64,000 nt of DNA from Candidatus Bathyarchaeota archaeon (GCA_963770935.1 CAVYRJ010000016.1:59304-123303), one strand, 5' to 3'; shown: positions 1-10,305, counted from the stretch's first letter. The notes: generated from the sequence alone by a model not told the origin. Numbers and translations: made by a program.

Positions 1-216
1 ACCGCTTGGCGGCATCTTGTCGATCCAAAAGATGACATACACGTTTTGTCCAACACCTACAGGATTTGGTGAGACAACAATATAGGAAAATGTTGGAATC
101 TTCCATGCTGGAACATGTGCGTTAGCGTTTGGCAAAGCAAAGATCGTAACGGAAATTGTTAGCACCAGAAACAAAGCAAATGCAGTAGCTTTAGTTTTGT
201 TTTTAGAGTTTTTCAT
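1..216 (-). CDS. N-terminus (partial, runs off the window) of a secreted protein, probably a PQQ-like beta-propeller surface protein
   Basis: Not in the ORF track. Manual translation from the ATG at 216: MKNSKNKTKATAFALFLVLTISVTIFALPNANAHVPAWKIPTFSYIVVSPNPVGVGQNVYVIFWIDKMPPSG. It has a signal peptide plus the PNPVGVGQ motif typical of bathyarchaeial PQQ-propeller proteins. Confidence 0.75.
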   Translation of the reverse strand, partial: MKNSKNKTKATAFALFLVLTISVTIFALPNANAHVPAWKIPTFSYIVVSPNPVGVGQNVYVIFWIDKMPPSG

Positions 217-476
217 TTTCTTTTCTTCCTTTCTTTGCTGTTCTTACGTGAATAACGCAAGAACGCTATCTGCTAAATGTGACTACTGTTCCTATAAGAC
301 TTTCGAAAAGGGTAGTTTAGCGGATAATATCCAAATAGCCTTTTATAGAGCTTGCCGCGGCGACATAGTATTCCGTTTCCTTTTTAAGGAATCTGGCAAT
401 CAAATCACTGGCTAGCGAGCCTTATTTGAAAAACAAATTTCCGGTAATATTCTGCTCACCACTATTGAAGTTTGCC

Positions 477-1154
477 TTAGTTGGTTGCGATTCTTTGGTT
501 TAAGGCTTTTTTCTTGAACATGGCAGATAGCGTTTTTACAATCGCGATGCTGAAGAGCACAAGATAAAACAGATGTGCCAAAGCTAAGAGTGGAACCGTG
601 AGGAGTAATGAGTTGCTAAATGGGTAACCGATTGTGCTTGGTAGCAAAACTGTGGCTATTGGAATTATCAGAATCAAGTTTGTTTTGCTGCTTGTGAAAA
701 AGGCTTTCCAGTCTCTTGTTTTGTACAGGACAAGGGTTGCTACAGAAAACAAGGTTAGTTCAAGAGCTATGTTTACTGGGCTGAAGATGCTTAGGAAGTA
801 GGGAAATCCCGCCTCATGCAATCCAAACTGCCCAGTTGAAAGCGGCCAAAATAACTGAAGTTTTCCGCCTATCAAGAAGTCTCCCATCAACGGATGGGAA
901 ATCAACGCTAAAAAGTATGGGATTGCCTTTTTACGGTAGATAATGAAGATTGGAATGAAAGCCAGTGTTAAAACCACAATTGAATGTGTTGGTCCCCTAT
1001 GCATTTCTGAACCAGTCAAAAAATCAAAGATGATATCTATGTCAGGCAAAATAGAGAGAACCAGCACTATTGGTATGTTTAGTTTTATGAGTAGCGCCCT
1101 AGAGGAGCCTTTCCCTAAGAGGTAAGCAATTGCCATGTGTCCGACAGCAAACAC
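477..1154 (-). CDS. Membrane-bound metal-dependent hydrolase (YdjM/DUF457-like)
   Basis: Motifs GH, LPDID, HRGPTHS and SHPLMGD; several hydrophobic helices. Confidence 0.8.
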   Translation of the reverse strand: MFAVGHMAIAYLLGKGSSRALLIKLNIPIVLVLSILPDIDIIFDFLTGSEMHRGPTHSIVVLTLAFIPIFIIYRKKAIPYFLALISHPLMGDFLIGGKLQLFWPLSTGQFGLHEAGFPYFLSIFSPVNIALELTLFSVATLVLYKTRDWKAFFTSSKTNLILIIPIATVLLPSTIGYPFSNSLLLTVPLLALAHLFYLVLFSIAIVKTLSAMFKKKALNQRIATN

Positions 1155-1337
1155 GCAGATTTCCTCCTTTTGACTCAGACAGTTCTGTTTGCTTGGCTAT
1201 TAAGCATATAGGTTAGGTTAATTTTTTAGGAGAATGCTAACGGCAACTAAGGGCTGGCAGGATAACACATAATTTTTCATGCGGAATAATTGTTAAATAA
1301 CCCTATACTTAAGAAGTGAATACACAAGGGTAGTATA

Positions 1338-1790
1338 TTGGCAGTTGCTGAAGATTCAAATAAAGAATTCGGTTCTAAAGATTACAAGGCAAGAGTTGCA
1401 GCCCAAAAGCAATTAATTGAAGAGCTTAAGGCGCAGTGGAAGCTTTTGTGGAGTGAACGCTTTGATGATAGGGTTCGAGCTGAGGGAGTGTCAGTTAACG
1501 ATTACGCAATTTTAGACGTGGAGAAGGGAACAATCATTCACGCAACCAAGGATTTTAAGATCCTAAACCTCAAGCAAATTTTGGAAAAGTACAAAATTGA
1601 AAACCCAGACCGCTACGTTCAGCCAGACGTCAACGTTGGCGGCTGGAATAAGTTCATAAAAACAGAAATAACCAACAAATCCGCAAGGGGATCTCGTGCC
1701 GCTGCATATCTTGCTAATAGTGTTCCCGCAAAAAAGGGATCTAGACGGCAACCTAAGAAAGGTGGACGTGGTTGGCTTCATGTCACTTAA
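1338..1790 (+). CDS. Hypothetical protein with a basic C-terminal tail
   Basis: 150-aa ORF with protein-like composition; AT-rich promoter-like sequence upstream. Confidence 0.65.
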   Translation: MAVAEDSNKEFGSKDYKARVAAQKQLIEELKAQWKLLWSERFDDRVRAEGVSVNDYAILDVEKGTIIHATKDFKILNLKQILEKYKIENPDRYVQPDVNVGGWNKFIKTEITNKSARGSRAAAYLANSVPAKKGSRRQPKKGGRGWLHVT

Positions 1791-2218
1791 CAAAATTAGT
1801 TTTCGCTTAAAGCTCGTTATTTTAAGTTAGACACAGGATGAGGTAGGTACCGAAGGCATTTTTTTCCTGCTTTGCTGTGTGGCACAAGTTTTAATTCATA
1901 TCAAAATGACTTTGTTTCAAGATGAAATAGCGTTCATGGAAGCGCAAGACGGTTGATAGAGAATAACTAATTATGGGGCTAAAAGACAAACTCTTTGATG
2001 ATAGAGATTTTGAATGTTTCTTGTTGTACAGCGCATATACTGCAAGCTTTGAGGCTTTACTCGCAAAAAAGATTAAGTTGCAGATACATTTTTGTATTAA
2101 TTTTGTGAATTTTGATGTATTGCTGCATATCTGTTGATATAGGTCACCATTGAGAATGAATAACTGAATGGTTCACTATATCTTTTTGAGGAAAGATCAA
2201 TTAGGAAGCGGATGAGCC

Positions 2219-2557
2219 ATGGTTAAGAAAGAAGTTTTACTATGTGCTGCAATTATTTTGATGGGAACTCTGGATTGGCTGATAACTTTGGTGGGGATAG
2301 TGTTTTTTGGGGCAACAGAAACCAATCCTCTGCTTGCCAGCTTGACTCAATCAAATATGTTTCTATTCAGCGGTGTTAAACTAACAGCGATAACGCTGAC
2401 TGGACTATTATTCTATAGAGCCGAAACCAAAACCAACTGCACCAGCCAAATTTCGCCTTTTGCAAAAAAATTTCTAAATTCAGGGTACATCATATCCCTC
2501 TTTACGCTAATGGCTGTTGTATTAAACAATTTTGTTGCTATCGTTAAAGTGGCGTAA
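2219..2557 (+). CDS. Small membrane protein (DUF5658-like)
   Basis: Three hydrophobic segments with the LD..IT...G..E.NP...K pattern. Confidence 0.7.
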   Translation: MVKKEVLLCAAIILMGTLDWLITLVGIVFFGATETNPLLASLTQSNMFLFSGVKLTAITLTGLLFYRAETKTNCTSQISPFAKKFLNSGYIISLFTLMAVVLNNFVAIVKVA

Positions 2558-2612
2558 ATACTGGTTGCTGAAAAAAGATTTGATGTAGAATAGAGGCAAA
2601 AAAAGTTGGGAT

Positions 2613-3071
2613 TTAGTTAGTGCCGGTGATGTTAATTTGGACGCTAAAGTTTGTGACGTCAGCTATGGTTGGAGATACCGAAAGAGTGAAGGTTGCTGCA
2701 ACTGATTGTCCTGGTTGAAGTCTTGCTCCTTCTTGGCTCCATGTCAGGGTTATAGGTTCTTCTGCTCCTGCAGGAGTCCAGTTACTTGTTTCCATGCTTA
2801 GAGTAAGAGCAAGGCCACTGCCAGTGTTTTTTACATAGATTGTTCGAGTGATGTTTCCTCCTGCTGTTAAGGTTCCCCAATTTATGGAACTCAAAGAAGT
2901 AGTGCAAGCACTGTTTGAAAATACACCCAGATTTGCAGATGTGGTTACTTGTCCGCTAGATGATAGGCTTTGGCTTGTGGTTATGGCTGCAAAGGTTGTG
3001 AATGTTAGAGCGACTGCAATTAAAACTAAAATTATTACTGATGCTGTTACAGAGAGTTTTATTTTTGGCAT
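2613..3071 (-). CDS. Secreted beta-sandwich protein, candidate TasA/AbpA-like fibre subunit
   Basis: Signal peptide ending TTFA/A; Ser/Thr-rich N-terminal strand; motifs INWGTL.AG, IYVKNTG and LQPGQS; alternating beta-strand pattern; no C-terminal anchor. Confidence 0.6.
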   Translation of the reverse strand: MPKIKLSVTASVIILVLIAVALTFTTFAAITTSQSLSSSGQVTTSANLGVFSNSACTTSLSSINWGTLTAGGNITRTIYVKNTGSGLALTLSMETSNWTPAGAEEPITLTWSQEGARLQPGQSVAATFTLSVSPTIADVTNFSVQINITGTN

Positions 3072-3424
3072 ATTTTGTCCCCCGTAAATACCACGTGTAT
3101 CTTAAGTCTTAATAAATATTATTATCGTGTGTTTGCACTGTGCACTTGAACAACACGCCTACATAATTCAGCTATTTCCCATAAAACCACTCACAAGTTG
3201 AACGGCATGCATCAACCACAATATCAATATTGGATTGTCTTTCGTTCCCTTATTTTTGAATGAAAAAGTTCGGACAGTCCTCAAAATCGGATATAAACCA
3301 AAAATTTCCAATTACAGTCGCAACTAGCAATTAATAAACAACTCAAAAAACACTAAAAAGAAATACCGTTTGGCCTACAAAAGTTGACTCTTTAAGGTTC
3401 TGCCAGAAGCAACCAAAACAGGCT

Positions 3425-3438
3425 TGACTTCGAAGTCA
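3425..3438. promoter_or_regulatory. Perfect 14-bp palindrome TGACTTCGAAGTCA, candidate operator
   Basis: Self-complementary sequence in the divergent intergenic region 3072-3577. Function is inferred only. Confidence 0.35.
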
Positions 3439-3577
3439 GTCTGTTGAAAAACAGCAAAAAAAGTTATCAAAACTGATGTATTGCAGTTTTTGACATGTTG
3501 TTTTTTTCGCAACGTTGCTTTTATAGCGTGTAACAACATTTACGATTAACGATTAAAGAAAGGATGAGGTTAAGGAT

Positions 3578-4288
3578 TTGACGGTTCTAATTCAACGGAT
3601 TGAAGCACGTGAATCAGCGCAGTTAATTATTGCAGCATTAAATGAAGCGCCAGGAATAGGTCTCACTATCACCGAGATGAAGGACACTCTTGGCGAAATT
3701 CCAGTATTAGTCGTGGATGGCAAAAGCAGTGACCGAACAGTTGAGGTAGCTAAGAATTTAGGGGCAAAAGTTGTTTATCAAGATGGAAAAGGCAAAGGCG
3801 ATGCTTTAGCCAAATCTCTTGAAAACGTAGACCCAAACGTAAACTACATCATTCTTACTGACGCCGACTACACTTATCCCGCTGAATATGTTCCAGCGAT
3901 GATAAGGATTCTCGATGAAAATCCGCTTGTCGGCATGGTGTGTGGCAACAGACTCAGCGGAAACATTGACAAAAAAGCATTACATAATATTTTCCACATA
4001 GGCAATCAACTACTAGCATGGGCTCATAAAATGCTAAACGGAGTGCCACTTCAAGACCCATTAACAGGACTACGAGTAATACGAACAGACATTTTGAAGG
4101 GGTGGGTTATAAAATCCAAAGGATTTGATATCGAAGTCGAATTAAACCAAATGGTGGAACGACGAGGCTTTGAGATTGCAGAAATACCTATTGCTTATAG
4201 AGCACGCTTAGGCCAGAAAAAATTGAAAGTAAAACATGGCATCACAATACTCAAAAGAATACTGCTCGAAACAACCTTCAAGAATTGA
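3578..4288 (+). CDS. Glycosyltransferase family 2, polyprenol-phosphate glycosyltransferase (DPM1/AglJ-like)
   Basis: Motifs ALNEA, VVDGKSSDRT, GKGDA, TDADYTYP, DPLTGLR, FDIEVE, PIAYRARLG.KKL. Confidence 0.9.
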   Translation: MTVLIQRIEARESAQLIIAALNEAPGIGLTITEMKDTLGEIPVLVVDGKSSDRTVEVAKNLGAKVVYQDGKGKGDALAKSLENVDPNVNYIILTDADYTYPAEYVPAMIRILDENPLVGMVCGNRLSGNIDKKALHNIFHIGNQLLAWAHKMLNGVPLQDPLTGLRVIRTDILKGWVIKSKGFDIEVELNQMVERRGFEIAEIPIAYRARLGQKKLKVKHGITILKRILLETTFKN

Positions 4289-4584
4289 CAAACATCTCAG
4301 TCTTTATTTATACAAGTTTCTTGCCAAGTCCGTCCCCTATTCCATGGAGATTTTTTATGTCAGATTTGCCTATAGTTTTGTTCACAATGGTACAGCGGTG
4401 AAAATAACCACATTGAAAATTAAACCCATAATTGGCCCGAATATTCTGGTAATTTAAAGAAGAACATTTTTCATGGTTTACCACTTTCGAATTTTGCTTT
4501 TTCTTGGTTATAGTAGTTTTTCAATAGTATATTATCAAAACTTAGGAGATTTCCGCTTAAGCAAGATTATTATGAATTGGGAGT

Positions 4585-4791
4585 CTAAATGAAGCGTAGT
4601 AGAATAGTAAATAGGAAAGCAAGTCCGCATCCAATAGCGGCAAATCTCAGCCTGCTTTTTATAATTATGATTCTGCTTGAATATTCGGACGATACACTGA
4701 GAAGTTCAGAGGTAATGAGAAGTATTATGGCTGTGAGAGCTAGCCAGAGATTAAGGTCGGTGAGCGTTAGAGGAATGTCCATAGCAATCAC
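4585..4791 (-). CDS. Small two-TM membrane protein (paralog of 10578-10781)
   Basis: Shares PLTL.D..L.LA..AI.LL.T.EL and LRF.A with its paralog; begins 7 bp after the stop of 4799-6238. Confidence 0.8.
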   Translation of the reverse strand: MIAMDIPLTLTDLNLWLALTAIILLITSELLSVSSEYSSRIIIIKSRLRFAAIGCGLAFLFTILLRFI

Positions 4792-4798
4792 AATTTAT

Positions 4799-6238
4799 TT
4801 AATTAACCAAGAAAAAAGAAGCGAACTCTTTTTTGAAAATACTACGGGTATAGTCAATGAAGCTTTCTAAATCAGTCTCAGGAATCGCTTTATCAACGCT
4901 AGTCATTAGCGACTCAATGTTACATTTAAAAACTTCGGCGTTACCCAGGATTTGTAAAATACTTTCCATTTGATTTGTCTCTTTCTTGTTTTCTTTATCT
5001 CCAACTGTTTTACCAAGTATAATATCATTTAATACATAATACAAAAGAATTATGGCTTTTGTAGTAATGTAATTCAGAGCGCCTTCTTTATGGTCATTAT
5101 CGAGGCTTAAACTGTCGAAATACTCAAAAACACCTTTTAAGATGTTATACGCTTCTTCTGAAGTTGCTTTTGCATTCTGACTTTTTATAGCTGATGAGAT
5201 GTTGAAGAAATTCAAGTTCATCATAGGCATCGTTTGATTTCTGAAACTCAAAGCCTCCCCAAAAGGTTTAGAATAAGTTTCTAATAGTTCCCAATTAATT
5301 CGCTTCTTTTGCAAACCAACAAGAATATCAAAAGACAAATCAACGATGTTCATTGAAGCATTAATCATCTCTATCAGTTCCTTTTTTCTTATAGAGGCTT
5401 TGCCATAGGCCTCAATCAGTTTCTGCCGCTTCTCAAACAACTTATTGATAATTTTGAATGATATCGTTGTTGTTTTACCGTTGGGAGCAATTTTTATTTC
5501 TTGAATCATTGTAGGTTTACCCGCAGATTTTGCAATAGCACATGCTGCTGCATTGACAAGTGGGCAACCAAGCAAATAGACGCTCTTAAGGTTGTATTTT
5601 TCGCTATAGAGGTTTTTATAAAGAGAGCCAGTAATTTTCAGAATTATGTCGTTTTCGTTTATAGTTACTGCAATTCCTTTAGCCAAACAAAGCTCGCCAA
5701 GCAAGTTTGGTAATGCCTCGTCAAGTTCGCTGAGTGGGATTTTAGAAAAATCTGCATCAGGTTTTTGTTCAATTTTGTCCAAAATACATGCACCTGGAGA
5801 TGTTACTAGAAGCCCACTTGGTTTTTCAATCATGAATTTGCTACTTGCGATGTCTTCAATTTCTACTGTACTGTCCGTAAGTTCCGCAGGGATGAATGTT
5901 ACCGTTTCTTTGAGACCTGATAGATGTTCTGGCAAAAAAACATCTTTGGGATACGGAGGGATATTATATGCTTCATTCTTGGGGCTGAGCTGGTTGAGGA
6001 TTCTATCCAAGGTCATATAAGCAGGTAGAGTTGAGATTATTAAGAAATTGCTTTCAACATATCTCAAGGGTGTTATGAACAAGAAAAGTGCTCCCCAGAA
6101 AATTAACCCTAATCCAGTAATACAAATTATTTGTGAGCCCAAAAAAAGTGATAAGAAGAACATAGAGATACCTAAGATCAAAAACAAAAGTGCAGTTACG
6201 AGCGAATTGCGTTTTGGTTGTTTAGGTGTAATTTTCAT
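4799..6238 (-). CDS. Membrane protein with two N-terminal TMs, a V4R-like domain and a C-terminal helical extension (paralog of 10785-11573)
   Basis: Shared motifs FW..L.LF.TP, Y.PP, F.P, GL..T.PG and GC.L..A.ACA.AK...KP..IQ. Confidence 0.75.
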   Translation of the reverse strand: MKITPKQPKRNSLVTALLFLILGISMFFLSLFLGSQIICITGLGLIFWGALFLFITPLRYVESNFLIISTLPAYMTLDRILNQLSPKNEAYNIPPYPKDVFLPEHLSGLKETVTFIPAELTDSTVEIEDIASSKFMIEKPSGLLVTSPGACILDKIEQKPDADFSKIPLSELDEALPNLLGELCLAKGIAVTINENDIILKITGSLYKNLYSEKYNLKSVYLLGCPLVNAAACAIAKSAGKPTMIQEIKIAPNGKTTTISFKIINKLFEKRQKLIEAYGKASIRKKELIEMINASMNIVDLSFDILVGLQKKRINWELLETYSKPFGEALSFRNQTMPMMNLNFFNISSAIKSQNAKATSEEAYNILKGVFEYFDSLSLDNDHKEGALNYITTKAIILLYYVLNDIILGKTVGDKENKKETNQMESILQILGNAEVFKCNIESLMTSVDKAIPETDLESFIDYTRSIFKKEFASFFLVN

Positions 6239-6519
6239 TATGTTTTTTCGCCATGTTATATTTACTATTATCCTTGTTTGAGATATTCGTTATCTTAGTA
6301 TGAATATAAACTATGTTTTGTTAAAAACAAGAACGTCCCTTATTCTGTATTAAATAAGTAAAAACCTAAGAGGACTGAAAAAAACCGTTTCAGCGGTTGC
6401 TTAATGATGGATTGGAGATCCGTTTTGCGATTTCCAGTTACTTGACAGTTCCCAAAAAAGAGTGAATGTTTATCTGAATTTTGCGCTAAGTAAGATTTAG
6501 TTTTGGATTTGGGTTTGTG

Positions 6520-9500
6520 CTAAGTGTTGTCAGGTTTTCGTTTTAAGCGTCTGACAGCTATTACTGTATAGATTAAAATGATTTCAGGGACAGTTAAGCC
6601 GACAGCAATCATAGATGCAAAGGATGTTTCTTGAAATACTGAAGGTAATGCAAATTGTATTTTCACTTGATGCGTACTAAACTGCGTTGAATACCAAATA
6701 TAGTAGTTATATGCATCTTGAGTGTAGCCCTGAATAGGCGCTCGTTGGTTATCAATGAATATTTCAGGAGTTATGCCGTATTGTACAATATTTTTTGGAA
6801 TAGTCAGGTTGCTAAAACCTGTGGTTCCGTCTTGTCCTGTTAAAGTGAAAGTTACTGTAATTAATAGGGCAGATTGGTTTGCTGTTATAGTGACGTTAGA
6901 CATCTGGGAACTTGTTATATTTCCGCTGATTGCAAAATTAACGGTTGTCCCATTATCCGTCTTAGCTATTATAGTTGTGTCAAATGGAGTTGAAGAAGGC
7001 GATGGCTTTGTTGTGGGGTTAGAAGTAGCTTGTGGAGTTCCTGTTGGTCTTGGTGTCGGAGTTGGTATTAGAGTTGGGTTTGGTGAATGCGTTGGCGTGG
7101 ATGATGGGAGTGGAGTAACAGTATTTGTTACTGTAAATGAATTGCTGATTCCGGAATAAATAGAATCAGTAGCTGTAATGGTAACTCCAGAACCTACATC
7201 AGTTAAAGTAACAGAAGTCGATCCGATACCGTTAACGAAAGAATTCATAGTGACAGGACTAATTGACCCCGCTGAAACCGTTAAAATCGGCCTTCCAACA
7301 TAACCCAAAACGATATTCCCATAGACATCGTAAGCCGTAACTACTATATTAAAACTTGAACCAACATTTTGAGGACTATTGATAGGACTAAAAGTAAAGC
7401 TGTTGAGGGCACCAGAATTAACCGTGAAACTGTTGCTTGTTCCAGTCATGCCTGAACCAACAGTGAAAAGGGTAACTCCTGAATTGGCACCAGTCACAAT
7501 CACAAAACCTGTCCAAACACCTTTTGAAAAGGCACTAGTGATGCTTGGACTAATAGTTCCAGTAGAAACATTCAAGGTGTTAGTTCCAACGAAGTTTGTA
7601 AGAGTGTTATTAGAAGCGTCTTTAGCAATAATTGTAACGCTAAACGAAGTACCTGCAATCTGAGGACCTATAGAGCTAAAAATAAAGTGATCAAGTGGAG
7701 GAATATTTAGCATAATTGAAACCTCAGAAGAATTCACGACTGCATTTGCTGCATCAGTAACCTGAAGCATAAAACTCCAACTACCGGTAGCAGTAGAAAT
7801 CGAAGTAACAAAAGAGTAGCTAGATGAAGTCGCACCACTAATAGGCGAGTAAGAACCAGCACCAGGAGCCCGCGAAAGCCACTGATACGAATAAGGAGCA
7901 GTACCCGTAGACACAGAAGACGAATTAGACAAAACTGAAGACTGACCCTGATTAATCACAGCCACAGAAGCAGAAACAGCCGGAGCAACCAAAGCAGGAT
8001 TCACCACAACAGACACAGGAGAAGAAACAGCTGACGCTCCAGCAGCGTCTGTCACCTGCAATTCAAAGCGCCAAGTTCCAATAGCTGAAGAAACCGAAGT
8101 AACAAAAGAGTAGCTAGATGAAGTCGCACCACTAATAGGCGAGTAAGAACCAGCACCAGGAGCCCGCGAAAGCCACTGATACGAATAAGGAGCAGTACCC
8201 GTAGACACAGAAGACGAAGACAAACTACTAGTCTGACCCCGATTAATCGTATTTGCAGAAACAGACACCGTAGGAACGACCAAAGCAGAATTCACCGTAA
8301 CAGACGCTGCAGAAGATTGAACTGAAGTCGTACCAAAACTATCAGTAACAGTAGCCGTAATCGCATAAGAACCCACCGACCCTGGAGAAAAACTAAACGA
8401 CACAGTTTGACTACCCTGCACAACCCCATCCACATACCAACGATAACCCGAAGACGGATAACTACCCGACCCCCCACTAGCAACAGCCGTAAACGCCTTA
8501 ACCTGACCCATATCCATAGTCCAAGAACCAGGCGACACAGTCACAGTCGGAACCGCATTCACCACAACAGAAACGGCGTTAGAAGTCACCACAGCCGAAA
8601 CTGCATCAGTAACCTGAAGCATAAAACTCCAACTACCGGTAGCAGTAGAAATCGAAGTAACAAAAGAGTAGCTAGATGAAGTCGCACCACTAATAGGCGA
8701 GTAAGAACCAGCACCAGGAGCCCGCGAAAGCCACTGATACGAATAAGGAGCAGTACCCGTAGACACAGAAGACGAATTAGACAAAACTGAAGACTGACCC
8801 TGATTAATCACAGCCACAGAAGCAGAAACAGCCGGAGCAACCAAAGCAGGATTCACCACAACAGACACAGGAGAAGAAACAGCTGACGCTCCAGCAGCGT
8901 CTGTCACCTGCAATTCAAAGCGCCAAGTTCCAATAGCTGAAGAAGCCGAAGTAACAAAAGAGTAGCTAGATGAAGTCGCACCACTAATAGGCGAGTAAGA
9001 ACCAGCACCAGGAGCCCGCGAAAGCCACTGATACGAATAAGGAGCAGTACCCGTAGACACAGAAGACGAAGACAAACTACTAGTCTGACCCCGATTAATC
9101 GTATTTGCAGAAACAGACACCGTAGGAACGACCAAAGCAGAATTCACCGTAACAGACGCTGCAGAAGATTGAACTGAAGTCGTACCAAAACTATCAGTAA
9201 CAGTAGCCGTAATCGCATAAGAACCCACCGACCCTGGAGAAAAACTAAACGACACAGTTTGACTACCCTGCACAACCCCATCCACATACCAACGATAACC
9301 CGAAGACGGATAACTACCCGACCCCCCACTAGCAACAGCCGTAAACGCCTTAACCTGACCCATATCCATAGTCCAAGAACCAGGCGACACAGTCACAGTC
9401 GGAACCGCATTCACCACAACAGAAACGGCGTTAGAAGTCACCACAGCCGAAACTGCATCAGTAACCTGAAGCATAAAACTCCAACTACCGGTAGCAGTAG

Positions 9501-10305
9501 AAATCGAAGTAACAAAAGAGTAGCTAGATGAAGTCGCACCACTAATAGGCGAGTAAGAACCAGCACCAGGAGCCCGCGAAAGCCACTGATACGAATAAGG
9601 AGCAGTACCCGTAGACACAGAAGACGAATTAGACAAAACTGAAGACTGACCCTGATTAATCACAGCCACAGAAGCAGAAACAGCCGGAGCAACCAAAGCA
9701 GGATTCACCACAACAGACACAGCGTTAGAAAAAGGCGATGTAACCGGAGATGAAGCACTATCAGTCACCTTGCAAGTAACTAAGTACGAACCAGCAGCCG
9801 CCGGGCTAAAAGAATAAGTAGAACCAGTTGCACCCGAAACAACAGAACCACCCAGATACCATTGATATTTAATCGTACCTGAACCACCAATAGACGTTGC
9901 CGTAAACACTTGAACCTGACCAACATCCATCTTAATTGGACCATTAGGAGCAATACTAACAGTAGGTGGAGCAGCAACCGTAACAGAGACTGAATCCTGA
10001 GCGTTTTCTGTAAAATCAGTAACAAACACAGTAATCAAGTGGGGACCTGTGGAAGTAGCAGAAAAAGAATAATTCGGGCTATCAGACCCCACTGGGGAAC
10101 CATCCAAATTCCATTGAATAGACAGGGACCCCGAGCCACCATTAGGCGTAGCTGTAAACATCTGAACCTGGCCAACATCCATTGTAATAGGACCCTCAGG
10201 CGACACAGTAATACTTAAAACAGCAGCTTTGACTTGCGTACTTGCCAATGCGCAGATTGATAGCGAAATGAGAAATGCAATTATCAGAATTTGCGATTTG
10301 TTCAT
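6520..10305 (-). CDS. Large membrane-anchored cell-surface protein with tandem Ig/PKD-like domains (adhesin-like)
   Basis: Signal peptide; repeated ~95-aa beta domains (YSYQW...GAT.SSYSF...VTD); P/T-rich linker; C-terminal TM followed by RRLKRK. Confidence 0.85.
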   Translation of the reverse strand: MNKSQILIIAFLISLSICALASTQVKAAVLSITVSPEGPITMDVGQVQMFTATPNGGSGSLSIQWNLDGSPVGSDSPNYSFSATSTGPHLITVFVTDFTENAQDSVSVTVAAPPTVSIAPNGPIKMDVGQVQVFTATSIGGSGTIKYQWYLGGSVVSGATGSTYSFSPAAAGSYLVTCKVTDSASSPVTSPFSNAVSVVVNPALVAPAVSASVAVINQGQSSVLSNSSSVSTGTAPYSYQWLSRAPGAGSYSPISGATSSSYSFVTSISTATGSWSFMLQVTDAVSAVVTSNAVSVVVNAVPTVTVSPGSWTMDMGQVKAFTAVASGGSGSYPSSGYRWYVDGVVQGSQTVSFSFSPGSVGSYAITATVTDSFGTTSVQSSAASVTVNSALVVPTVSVSANTINRGQTSSLSSSSVSTGTAPYSYQWLSRAPGAGSYSPISGATSSSYSFVTSASSAIGTWRFELQVTDAAGASAVSSPVSVVVNPALVAPAVSASVAVINQGQSSVLSNSSSVSTGTAPYSYQWLSRAPGAGSYSPISGATSSSYSFVTSISTATGSWSFMLQVTDAVSAVVTSNAVSVVVNAVPTVTVSPGSWTMDMGQVKAFTAVASGGSGSYPSSGYRWYVDGVVQGSQTVSFSFSPGSVGSYAITATVTDSFGTTSVQSSAASVTVNSALVVPTVSVSANTINRGQTSSLSSSSVSTGTAPYSYQWLSRAPGAGSYSPISGATSSSYSFVTSVSSAIGTWRFELQVTDAAGASAVSSPVSVVVNPALVAPAVSASVAVINQGQSSVLSNSSSVSTGTAPYSYQWLSRAPGAGSYSPISGATSSSYSFVTSISTATGSWSFMLQVTDAANAVVNSSEVSIMLNIPPLDHFIFSSIGPQIAGTSFSVTIIAKDASNNTLTNFVGTNTLNVSTGTISPSITSAFSKGVWTGFVIVTGANSGVTLFTVGSGMTGTSNSFTVNSGALNSFTFSPINSPQNVGSSFNIVVTAYDVYGNIVLGYVGRPILTVSAGSISPVTMNSFVNGIGSTSVTLTDVGSGVTITATDSIYSGISNSFTVTNTVTPLPSSTPTHSPNPTLIPTPTPRPTGTPQATSNPTTKPSPSSTPFDTTIIAKTDNGTTVNFAISGNITSSQMSNVTITANQSALLITVTFTLTGQDGTTGFSNLTIPKNIVQYGITPEIFIDNQRAPIQGYTQDAYNYYIWYSTQFSTHQVKIQFALPSVFQETSFASMIAVGLTVPEIILIYTVIAVRRLKRKPDNT
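7749..9722. repeat. Intragenic tandem repeat, 852-bp period, ~2.3 copies
   Basis: CTGCATCAGTAACCTGAAGC recurs at 7749, 8601 and 9453. Identical shadow ORFs are offset by 852. One substitution was noticed (VTSASSA vs VTSVSSA). Confidence 0.95.

Noticed and set aside
6520-6620. PEF/PGF-CTERM archaeosortase signal in the adhesin tail (VPEII)
   Set aside because: The PE lies in the middle of the hydrophobic stretch, lacks the Phe, and no archaeosortase is encoded in the window.
8292-9531. Duplicated short ORFs (63 aa and 90 aa) and other antisense or alternate-frame ORFs in the track, including 197-415
   Set aside because: They are shadow frames of real genes; the duplication simply reflects the 852-bp repeat.
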